Part shown: piece after piece, positions 10,018-18,670 of the stretch
Layout of the letters: the number at the start of each line of letters is the position of its first letter
How positions within the stretch are numbered: the first letter of the stretch is position 1
Source of the DNA: an uncultured Armatimonadetes bacterium
GTDB taxonomy: Bacteria; Armatimonadota; Hebobacteria; Hebobacterales; Hebobacteraceae
Assembly (NCBI GenBank): GCA_963716175.1
Contig: OY970296.1
Location: 864,001-928,000, forward strand
Direction: 5' to 3'
Length of the DNA stretch: 64,000 nucleotides
The notes under the pieces: generated by a model
The model's database searches: none
What the model saw: only the letters and a program-made list of their open reading frames with translations
Told to the model about the DNA's origin: nothing
Program-made: the position numbers and the translations under genes

Positions 10018-11953
10018 TCACATCACCAGCCCAAACGCCCTCGCGATATACACGGCCATCTGGTCCCGCGTCACCTGCTCATCCGGCCTGTAGGTGCCAT
10101 CGTCATACCCGTGCACCACGCCGTTGTCCACGCAGGCTTTGACCGCCGTGCCCGACCAGAAGCCGGCAGGCACATCAGAGAAAAGTTGGGGCGCGGCGGC
10201 CATGTCATCGCCGATCTCTACCCAGCCCTGAGAGCGGGCCACGAACACGGCCATCTGCCCGCGATCCACTACCACTTCCGGTCGGTAGTGCGTCGGGTCG
10301 TAGCCCTCCACCACACCGTGTCCCACGGCATACTCCACATACCTGTAGGCCCAGTGATCCGTGCCCACATCATCGAAGGTCGCCTCCGCGGGGCCGCTCG
10401 GGACATGCTCATCTCCGCCGGCGAGAGCGCGGGCTATGTACACCGCCATCTGATCGCGAGTGACGGAGAGACCGGGCTGATAGCTACCATCGGGATAACC
10501 GGCGACGATCCCGGCCGCGAAGCAAACCTCAATCTGCTCGTAGGCCCAGAAGCCTGGAGCCACATCAGCGAAAGTGAGGCGAACGAGAATGGACGATCTG
10601 GCTATTGCCCATATCGGCCACCCAGCAGGAGCCATCGGTGGGGTCGACGGACACGGAGTACGGGAAGTCGAACCCCCCTCCCCGCCACAGCTCCGCGCCT
10701 TCCGCCGACAGATGCACCACCTGGCTGTTGTCGGTGTCGGCTACCCAGCAGGAGCCGTCGGCGGAGTTCACAGAGACGGAGCCGGGTACGTTTGCGCGAC
10801 TTCCGCTGTTGAAGAAACTCCCTCCTCGCCAGAGCTGGTCCCCGTTCGCCCCCAGGTGAACCACCTGGTTGTTCTTAGTGTCGGCCACCCAACAAGAGCC
10901 ATCGGCGGGGTTCACGGAGACAGACGCAGGGCAGTAGAAGCCCCCTTCCCGCCGGAGCTCTGCGCCGTCTGCCCCCAAGTGCACCACCTGATTGACGCCG
11001 GTGTCGGCCACCCAACAGGAGCCGTCAGCCGGGTTCGCTGAGACGGACTCAGGATAAAGGAAACCCCCTCCCATCCAGAGCCGAGTGCCGTCTGTCCCCA
11101 GATGTGCCACGGACATGCTGGCCACCCAGCAGGAGCCGTCGCTGGGATTGACTGAGACGGCCAGGGGCAATCCACCACCGCTTCCTCCAATCCCTCCCCA
11201 CCATCCACGCCAAAGTTCGGTGCCGTCGGGCCCCACATTCACCACCTGGCCGCCATTGGTGGCAGCCACCCAGCAGGAGCCATCGCTGGGGTTCACAGAG
11301 ACGGAGTCGGGACCGTGGAAGCCCGTCCCGCGCCACAGCTGGGTGCCATCTGACCCTAAGTGCACGACCTGGCTGTTACCGGAATCGGCCACCCAGCAGG
11401 AGCCATCGCTGGAGTTTGCCGAGACGGACCGGGGGTTGCGGAAGCCCACTCCCCGCCACTGCTCCCCTCCGTTTGCCGCCAAGTGCACCACCCGGCCGCT
11501 GTCACACTCCGCCACCCAGCAGGAGCCATCCGCGGGGTTCACGGAGACAGAATAGGCCCATCCGAACCCCCCGCCCCGCCACAGTTCCCCTCCGCTGGCC
11601 GACAGGTGCACCACCTCGCTGTTGTAGTAGTTGTCCGTGTCCACCACCCAGCAGGAGCCGTCTGTGGGGTTTACCGAGATGCCATAGGGGCCCCGGAACC
11701 CGTTGCTCTGGGTGAGGATGGTCCCGTCCTGCGCCAGGTGCATGACCCTTGTGGTGCCCGTCGCTGCCCAGACCGAGCCATCCGTCGGGTTCACCGACAG
11801 GGACGAGGGCCTTCCAAAGGGGCTGCGCCAGGCCTCGACCACGGTCTCGCCCGCGGCCAAGGGAAGAGATGCCGAAAGCAGCAACAGGAGGGTGCACGCG
11901 GCCAGGGGGCAGGAGCAAGCTCCCGCCCAACGGATACCCGACTGAGCACTCAT
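10018..11953 (-). CDS. Secreted NHL-like beta-propeller protein with three C-terminal SLH domains (1-bp frameshift near 10590)
   Basis: Signal peptide; 10 repeats of SV(N/D)PxDGSCWVADxxNxxVVHL; three SLH repeats (FxDVxxxxWA...GYxDGxYxP..VTRDQMAVYIARA). Removing one T joins ORFs 10565..12094 and 10018..10635 as SQIVHLVRLTFADV. Confidence 0.85.
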
Positions 11954-12114
11954 CTGGTGCCCCCTCTTGGAGGCGAAGTGCGACGAGCATCTCTCGCCGC
12001 CAGGCTCAGAACGGTGACTCAGGAGGGTGAGGCACTGGTTCGGCGGGGGAAGACGGCGCTCCTCTCGGAGACAGCCGTGGAACCACGAAGACAAAGGGGA
12101 ACAGAAAACGGCGG

Positions 12115-12140
12115 GATTCTTCGCTGCGCTCAGAATGACA
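12115..12140. repeat. Short intergenic palindromic repeat GATTCTTCGCTGCGCTCAGAATGACA
   Basis: Imperfect hairpin of a type I recognise as a widespread intergenic repeat; single copy here. Confidence 0.45.
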
Positions 12141-12150
12141 ACAACGCCTC

Positions 12151-13680
12151 CTACTTGCTGATCCGCACCCGCCGTTTCGGCTCCACGCCGACGCTCTCCG
12201 AGCGCAGCTCGTACTGGCCCGCGAGCTGGTGCTGGAGACGGCGCAGGTGAGAGGACTGCGGGGTCAGCTCGATCGGCTTCGAGGTCAGCAGCACCTGCTC
12301 GGCTGCGGCCTGCGCCTCCTGCAAGGCCCGCTCCTCCGCGCTCACCCGGCTGAGGCGGAAGATCTCCCGCAGCGCCCCCAGGATCTGATGATAGGTATTC
12401 GATCGCACCATATGAACCGGCACCCGCTGGCTGGCCGCCTCCTGGAACTTGCCCGGATCCCGTCGCGAGTGAGCCTTCAGAGTAAGGATGGCGTCGGCCT
12501 GATCGGAGTGCTTCACCACCTGGGCGCGCAGGCCCAGGTCGGCCAGCGCCTTCTCCAGCTTGTTGCGGCTGATGCCATAGAGGAAGATCCGCAGCAGGCG
12601 CTGGCCATAGCCGGTTGCGCTGGGCTCGGAGACCTCGAAGGGCGTGGCCGCGTACTCCTCAAAGGTCTCCACCTGCTGTGGGGGGATAACCTCGAACTCG
12701 CCGTCAGGCTGGCGGATGCGGATCTCGGGCGCCGTGGCCAGACCCCGCAACGACCGATCCACCACCTCCGCCACGTCGTGGTGAATGGCCAGCTTGTTGA
12801 TCTCGGCGATCTCGACCACGATGTCGAAGGTGGGAGGGGCCTTGCGCTCCAGCACCGTCTTCTGAGTCCCGCGGCGTTTCGCTTCCTCATCGCTCAGGGT
12901 GACGGCATGGATGCCGCCGATGAGGTCACTCAGGGTAGGGTTCTGCATCAGATTATCGAGGCTCGTGCCGTGCGCGGTGCCGATCAACTGCACGCCGCGC
13001 TCGGCGATGGTACGGGCCGCCACCGCCTCCGCCTCGGTCCCGATCTCGTCTATCACGATCACCTCGGGCATGTGGTTCTCGACCGCCTCGATCATCACCG
13101 CATGCTGCAGCTCGGGCCGGCGCACCTGCATCCGCCGCGCGCGGCCGATGCCGGGATGAGGAATATCTCCGTCGCCTGCGATCTCATTGCTGGTGTCCAC
13201 TACCACCACCCGCTTGTTGAACTCATCCGCCAACACCCGCGCCACTTCCCGCAGCTTGGTGGTCTTGCCGATGCCGGGCCGGCCCAGGAAGAGGATGCTC
13301 TTGCCGGTCTCCACGATGTCGCGGATGATGTCCACGGTGCCATAGACCGAGCGCCCGATGCGGCAAGTGAGCCCCACGATTCGCCCCTGCCGATTGCGCA
13401 TGGCGGAGATCCGGTGCAGGGTGCGTTCGATCCCCGCCCGGTTGTCGTCGCTGAAGGCGCCGACCCGGGCCACGATGTGCTCGATATCCTCTCGCGTCAC
13501 CGGCTGCAAGGACAAGGACACCACGTCGCCGGGGAAGCGCGCCTCCGGCTCCCGCCCCAGGTCCAGCACCACCTCCAGCAGGTCGTCCCGGCGGTTGTAC
13601 TCCCGCAGCGGCTTCTCTATCCGCGGGGGCAGCGCCTGGTACAGCAGCTCCAGATCGTCGGTGATTTTGAGTTCAGGCAT
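12151..13680 (-). CDS. Ycf45/SpoIIIAA-like AAA ATPase with C-terminal R3H domain
   Basis: Walker A GRPGIGKT, VDTSNEIAGDGD, EAVENHMPEVIVIDEIG, GTAHG, R3H motif RRLQHQLA...SESVGVEPKRRV. Confidence 0.92.
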   Translation of the reverse strand: MPELKITDDLELLYQALPPRIEKPLREYNRRDDLLEVVLDLGREPEARFPGDVVSLSLQPVTREDIEHIVARVGAFSDDNRAGIERTLHRISAMRNRQGRIVGLTCRIGRSVYGTVDIIRDIVETGKSILFLGRPGIGKTTKLREVARVLADEFNKRVVVVDTSNEIAGDGDIPHPGIGRARRMQVRRPELQHAVMIEAVENHMPEVIVIDEIGTEAEAVAARTIAERGVQLIGTAHGTSLDNLMQNPTLSDLIGGIHAVTLSDEEAKRRGTQKTVLERKAPPTFDIVVEIAEINKLAIHHDVAEVVDRSLRGLATAPEIRIRQPDGEFEVIPPQQVETFEEYAATPFEVSEPSATGYGQRLLRIFLYGISRNKLEKALADLGLRAQVVKHSDQADAILTLKAHSRRDPGKFQEAASQRVPVHMVRSNTYHQILGALREIFRLSRVSAEERALQEAQAAAEQVLLTSKPIELTPQSSHLRRLQHQLAGQYELRSESVGVEPKRRVRISK

Positions 13681-13799
13681 GACTTGCAGCCCTTCAGGGG
13701 AACAGCTTACTGACGCGACAAGCATTAGGATACCATGATTCCAGGGCAGCGAGAAGGCGAACGCGGATGCTGCGGGGCAGTCGTGCCTAGGCCCGACAC

Positions 13800-13858
13800 C
13801 GGCGGGCATGCGTCCGCCGGCCGCTGGCAGGCGTCCGACATACCCGCCCTACAGGGGA
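13800..13858. repeat. GTAG-type REP element overlapping the threonine aldolase stop codon
   Basis: Minus strand reads GGTCCCCTGTAGGGCGGGTATGTCGG, plus a GGCGGGCATGCGTCCGCC hairpin; matches copies near 8375, 9880 and 53705. Confidence 0.7.
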
Positions 13859-14892
13859 CCTAACACATCGGCAATGACTCCCAATGCCCGGTCAACCTGC
13901 TCTCTGGTGACATCCCGGTGGGTGACGAAGCGGAGGCGGTAGTGGTCTACGGGCAGGCTGCGCACCTTCTTCTCCTCCAGGGCGCCCGCCAACTCCGCGG
14001 CGGGTCGCCCCAGGGGCCTGGTGTCAACCGAGACGATGTTGGTCTGGGTCGCCTCCAGGTTCACCAGGCCAGGCCGAACCCGCTCGATCCCTTCCGCCAA
14101 CCGCCGGGCGTTGGCGTGATCCTCCGCCAGGCGGGGGATCATGGTCTCCAGGGCCACGATTCCGGCCGCCGCCATGTGGCCGATCTGGCGCACGTTCCCG
14201 CCGATCCGCTGCCGCATCGCCCGGGCGCGGGTGATGAACTCGGCGCTCCCGCACAAGAGCGACCCATAGGGGGCGCATAGGCCTTTGCTCAGCCCGAACA
14301 TCACCGACTGACAGCCCTCGGTGAGCGCGCGGGCGGGCACGCCCAGGGCCACCGCGGCGTTGAAGATCCGCTCCCCGTCCAGATGAACAGCAATCTCATG
14401 CTTGCGCGCGATCTCCCATAGCTCGCGCATATACCGCACTTCGAGACACGCGCCACCGGCCATGTTGTGGGTGTTCTCCACCACGATCAGCGCAGTGCGC
14501 GGTCGCAGCCGGCTGCCAGGCTGAATCTCGGCCTCCATTTGCTGCAGATCCATCTTGCCCGCCCGGCCCGGGAGCGTGCGGGCGACGCCCCCGGCAATGA
14601 CGCTGAGACTGCCGGCCTCGAAGCGCAGGAAATGCGAATCCCGCTCCGCCATCACCTCCTCGCCCGGCCGCAGGTGAGCCATGAGCGCCACCAGATTCGC
14701 CATGGTGCCGGAGGTGCAGAAGAGCCCGGCCTCGCGCCCCACCATTTCCGCCCCCATGCTCTCCAGGCGCTGGGCGGTAGGATCCCCCTCCCGGCCATCG
14801 TCGGCGACGATGGCTTCGGCCATCGCCCGGCGCATCTCTGCGGTGGGATGGGTGACGCTATCGCTGCGCAGATCCACGCTCAGATCAGGCAT
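13849..14892 (-). CDS. ltaE: Low-specificity L-threonine aldolase (PLP-dependent)
   Basis: DLRSDSVTHPT, SGTMANL, ENTHN, HLDGERIFNA, LSKGLCAP (PLP lysine). Confidence 0.9.
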   Translation of the reverse strand: MPDLSVDLRSDSVTHPTAEMRRAMAEAIVADDGREGDPTAQRLESMGAEMVGREAGLFCTSGTMANLVALMAHLRPGEEVMAERDSHFLRFEAGSLSVIAGGVARTLPGRAGKMDLQQMEAEIQPGSRLRPRTALIVVENTHNMAGGACLEVRYMRELWEIARKHEIAVHLDGERIFNAAVALGVPARALTEGCQSVMFGLSKGLCAPYGSLLCGSAEFITRARAMRQRIGGNVRQIGHMAAAGIVALETMIPRLAEDHANARRLAEGIERVRPGLVNLEATQTNIVSVDTRPLGRPAAELAGALEEKKVRSLPVDHYRLRFVTHRDVTREQVDRALGVIADVLGPL

Positions 14893-15031
14893 GCGCACCT
14901 CCGGTAGCAGCACTCGGTATACTGAGTATACGACATTGGCGGCGAGCTTTCCCCTGCTGGACGGCCATCGCCGTTGTGCGCGCTGGGCGGGGGCGCTATA
15001 ATGCCCGGGACATCCGCTGGAAGGAGCCACG

Positions 15032-15253
15032 GTGCAGATCATCCAGAAGGGCTACGGGGAAGTGAAGCTGGCCGGCAGCGGCGAGACCATCGCGGGGGAG
15101 ATCACACTGCACGCTGAAGGGTGGGTCGCGGTGGCCGCGGTCCCGCCCACGGAGGATAACGAGGTGCGGTGGTTTCCAAACGAGCAGGTGGCCGAGGTGG
15201 CCTGGCGGAAGAGCCTCGCCATGAAGGCCCCCAGGGGGCCACGCGCAGACTAA
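15032..15253 (+). CDS. Small hypothetical beta-rich protein
   Basis: GTG start after AAGGAG, host-like codon usage, 73 aa; no family recognised. Confidence 0.5.
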   Translation: MQIIQKGYGEVKLAGSGETIAGEITLHAEGWVAVAAVPPTEDNEVRWFPNEQVAEVAWRKSLAMKAPRGPRAD

Positions 15254-15349
15254 CACAGTCCTGTAGGGCGCGGTCTCCGGACCGCGCCTGGCGGCATCAA
15301 GAGATGCGGCCCTGCAATTGCCGCCTGGCAAGGAGGTAGCTGAGAGACC

Positions 15350-15571
15350 ATGTTCCGAGTACGAGTCGTGGCACGGGGCCGGCTAGCGAAGTACTCTCGC
15401 ATCGAGACCGATGGAACCGATGTGACCTTGCCCGAAGGGGGGCGGGTGCGAGATCTCCTGGTCGAGGTCGGGGTGTTCGACGAAGAGGTGCGGACGGTCA
15501 TGGTCAACGGGCGGCGCGGCCGCCTCGACCAAACGCTGCATCGAGACGACACCATCGAGCTGCAGTCCTGA
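15350..15571 (+). CDS. MoaD/ThiS-like beta-grasp protein lacking the terminal Gly-Gly
   Basis: AAGGAGG RBS; VTLPEGGRVRDLL..VMVNG....LDQTLHRDDTIEL pattern; ends in ELQS. Confidence 0.75.
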   Translation: MFRVRVVARGRLAKYSRIETDGTDVTLPEGGRVRDLLVEVGVFDEEVRTVMVNGRRGRLDQTLHRDDTIELQS

Positions 15572-15912
15572 GCCAGGTTGCTTTCGGCAGGATTGCATCC
15601 ATCCGCGGCACGAAGAGCGGCTTCCGATCACCTGGCGCAGGCCGGCCGCCTGCCGCGGGGTCTGCTTGTCGCCCCCACCCTGGTTCTCCGCGAGCACGCG
15701 CTCGCACCCAGCCAGCTGGCGCGATCGAGCTGGGTTCGTCTTCCCATTTCCCTAGCGCCAGCCACACGGCGCAATCATCTCCGCCCTACAGGTGTGCCCG
15801 CTACCGGCCAAGAACAGTTGCGAGAACCCAGGGAACCGATAGGCTGCAAAGAACGTGCTGCTATTCGACTGGGGCGCGCGGGGTGACTCTTGAGCGGAGG
15901 CATGAGCCTGGT

Positions 15913-17358
15913 ATGACGAAGAGACGAATTGCTTGCAGCGTGGGGACTGCGGTGATGCTGGCGCTGGGGGCCTTCGGGGTCGCAGCCTCCGGGGCAGAGG
16001 GCGCAGGCAAGGAAGCGCCGGCCTCATCGCCCACCCTTCAGGCGCTGATCGCGGAGGCCCTGGACCGGAGCGCCGAGCTGGCGGCGATGCGCGAGCAGAT
16101 CGCCGCCGCGCAAGCGCGCGTCATCACCGCCGCGGGCCTGCCTGATCCCATGGCCTCCGCCGGCCTGACCAGCATCCCCGTCGGTGGCCTCAGCTTGACC
16201 CAGGACCCAATGAGCGGGGTTGATCTCATGCTCTCTCAGCATGTCCCCCGAAGCGTGCGGCGCCGCCTCCGAGGCGAGATCCAAGAGGGCGAAGTGCTGG
16301 CCCTGGAGGCCCGCTATGCCGCCATCGCCAACGGCATCGTGCGGGGGGTGAAGCAAGGTTATATAGACCTACAGTACCTCGACGAGGCGGTCGCGATCTC
16401 TGAGCAGAACCGGGACATCGCGGCTGATGTGCTCGCGATCTCAGAGGTGCAGTACGCCACCGGAAAGGTAGGCCAGCAGGATGTGTTCCAAAGCCAGGTG
16501 CAGCTCTCCCGGCTGCTGGACTCGCTGGTGCTGCTACGGAGAGAGCGAGCCGCCGCCGCCACTCGCCTCAATCGCCTACTCTACCGGCCCCCCGGGCAGC
16601 TCATCCCCAAGCTCCCAGGCCTGGCGCACACCACGCCTTCGGGCGAAGCCATCTCCGCGGCGCTGCTGAAGGAGAAGAACTCGGTGCTGCGGGAGTCGCT
16701 CGCCCGGATTCAGCAGGCCGCCAGCCAGGTGCGGCTGGCCGAACAGTGGCGAAAGCCCGACTACACGCTCACCTTCGGCTACATGATCCGCCAGCAGATG
16801 GACGCCGACCCCATGACCGGCACCGACATGTGGTCGGCCTCCGTCGGCATCAACCTGCCCTGGCTCAATCGCAGAGTTCACGAGCAAGAGCTGCGCGCGG
16901 CGCAGGCCGAGCACCGCGGCAGCCAGCAGAGCTTGCAGGTCGCACTCAACGCCATTCCCTCTCGCATCGAGGAGCTGACCATCGAGATCCAGAGAAGCGA
17001 CGAGCAACTCTCCCTGGTGGAGACAGGCTTGCTCCCACAGGCAGAGGGCGCGCTCGCCGCCTCCCGCGCCGCCTACGTCACCGGCAAGACGACCCTGCTC
17101 AACGTGCTGAGCAACCAGCTCAACCTCTACAACCTGCAGTTGGAGCGAGTGCAATTGCTGCGCGAGCACGAGCAGAACCTGGCCGAGTTGGAGTACGAGA
17201 CCAGCGGCGCACTTCAGCCGCAGGCCATGGCCCCGGTATCGGCACCAGCCCTGTCGCCCGCGCCTGGCGCAACGCCATCCATGGGCGGCGATATGCCACC
17301 ACAGACGGACCCCCAAGTGGAAGGTCAGCCGTCTATGACTCCGATGTCGGGGGAGTAG
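15913..17358 (+). CDS. TolC-family outer membrane efflux protein (CusC-like)
   Basis: Signal peptide, LPDP motif, OEP helical repeats, Met-rich segments; first gene of the RND operon. Confidence 0.88.
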   Translation: MTKRRIACSVGTAVMLALGAFGVAASGAEGAGKEAPASSPTLQALIAEALDRSAELAAMREQIAAAQARVITAAGLPDPMASAGLTSIPVGGLSLTQDPMSGVDLMLSQHVPRSVRRRLRGEIQEGEVLALEARYAAIANGIVRGVKQGYIDLQYLDEAVAISEQNRDIAADVLAISEVQYATGKVGQQDVFQSQVQLSRLLDSLVLLRRERAAAATRLNRLLYRPPGQLIPKLPGLAHTTPSGEAISAALLKEKNSVLRESLARIQQAASQVRLAEQWRKPDYTLTFGYMIRQQMDADPMTGTDMWSASVGINLPWLNRRVHEQELRAAQAEHRGSQQSLQVALNAIPSRIEELTIEIQRSDEQLSLVETGLLPQAEGALAASRAAYVTGKTTLLNVLSNQLNLYNLQLERVQLLREHEQNLAELEYETSGALQPQAMAPVSAPALSPAPGATPSMGGDMPPQTDPQVEGQPSMTPMSGE

Positions 17359-17365
17359 GAGAACC

Positions 17366-18652
17366 TTGGCCATGCACACCAGAGCAGACAGGCGAAGCCT
17401 CCGCTGGCTGCTACCCGTTGGCATCCTGGTGGTAGTCGCCGCCTATCTCCTCACCACCCATCGCTCTTCCCATCGCAGACAGCTAGCAGCCACGGCCGCG
17501 CGCAGGTCCGGCCAGGAGCAGGCGAGCGCGGGTGGGATGGAGGGCATGCCCGGAAAGGGGGGCGCCCCCGCCGCCTCCAAGGCGGCTCCGACCAAGCCAG
17601 AGGTCAGCAATGTCCCCGGCCGTGTAGCGGTGCAGATAGACCCGGCCCGCCAGCAGCTTATCGGGGTCACCACCGCTCCTGTCGAGCGCCGCAAGCTGGA
17701 CCGGGTGGTGCGCACCGTGGGGCTGGTGAGAGTGGACGAGGAGCTGCTCTCGGATATCTACTCCAAGGTTCCCGGGTGGATCGAGAGGCTCTATGCCAAT
17801 GAGACCGGCAGGATGGTGCGCAAGGGCCAGCCTCTGCTCACCATCTACAGTCCGGATCTGGTGAGCACTCAGCAGGAATACCTGGTCGCGCTCCGCTCCC
17901 GCGACCGGCTGGCAAAGAGCCCCTTCCCCGAGGTCAGCCGCAGCGGCCAGACCCTGGTCCAGGCCGCCCGTGAGCGCCTCAGCCTGTGGGACATCCCGGA
18001 GAAAGAGATCCAACGCCTGGAGAAGACCGGGCAGGTGCGCAAGACCCTCACCCTCTACGCCCCCAGCACCGGCTACATTACCCAGAAGCAGGCGGTGGAG
18101 GGGGTTCAAGTCAGCCCCGGCATGCCGCTGTTCAAGCTGGCCGGGCTCTCTCGGGTCTGGGTGGATGCCGCTATCTACGAGAACGAGGCCACCCTGGTGA
18201 AGGTGGGCCAATGGGCCCAGCTCACCCTGGACGCTTATCCGGGGAAGACCTTCAAGGGCCGGGTGAAGTACATCTACCCCACCGTGGAGGCGGCGACTCG
18301 CACCTTGACCGCGCGCTTCGAGTTCCCCAACCCCGGCCTCGCCCTGAAGCCGGACATGTACGCCAATGTCCTGGTCCTGGTGCCGACCGCGGAGGCGCTG
18401 TCGGTCCCAGAGACCGCGGTGATTGACACCGGCGTCAGCACGGTGGTCTTCCTCAAGGCCGGGGCGGGCACGTTCATCCCTCGCGAGGTCACGGTGGGCC
18501 CCCGGGCGGCCGGCTACTACCCGGTGCTGGCTGGCCTCCAGGCCGGCGAGGAGGTAGTCACCAGCGCCAACTTCCTGATTGACTCAGAGGCCCAATTCCG
18601 CGCCGCGGTGGAGGCGATGAAAGCTGGCGCCCACGCGGGCCACGGCGGGTAG
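17366..18652 (+). CDS. cusB: RND periplasmic adaptor subunit, CusB-like
   Basis: GWIERLY, GQPLLTIYSPDLVSTQQEYL, LKPDMYA, VVTSANFLIDSE, His-rich end. Confidence 0.9.
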   Translation: MAMHTRADRRSLRWLLPVGILVVVAAYLLTTHRSSHRRQLAATAARRSGQEQASAGGMEGMPGKGGAPAASKAAPTKPEVSNVPGRVAVQIDPARQQLIGVTTAPVERRKLDRVVRTVGLVRVDEELLSDIYSKVPGWIERLYANETGRMVRKGQPLLTIYSPDLVSTQQEYLVALRSRDRLAKSPFPEVSRSGQTLVQAARERLSLWDIPEKEIQRLEKTGQVRKTLTLYAPSTGYITQKQAVEGVQVSPGMPLFKLAGLSRVWVDAAIYENEATLVKVGQWAQLTLDAYPGKTFKGRVKYIYPTVEAATRTLTARFEFPNPGLALKPDMYANVLVLVPTAEALSVPETAVIDTGVSTVVFLKAGAGTFIPREVTVGPRAAGYYPVLAGLQAGEEVVTSANFLIDSEAQFRAAVEAMKAGAHAGHGG

Positions 18653-18670
18653 CTGCTCTGGAGTGCCATC

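Noticed and set aside
10600-11810. CRISPR-like recurrence of CCACCCAGCAGGAGCC
   Set aside because: It is the conserved GSCWVA codon block of the propeller repeats.
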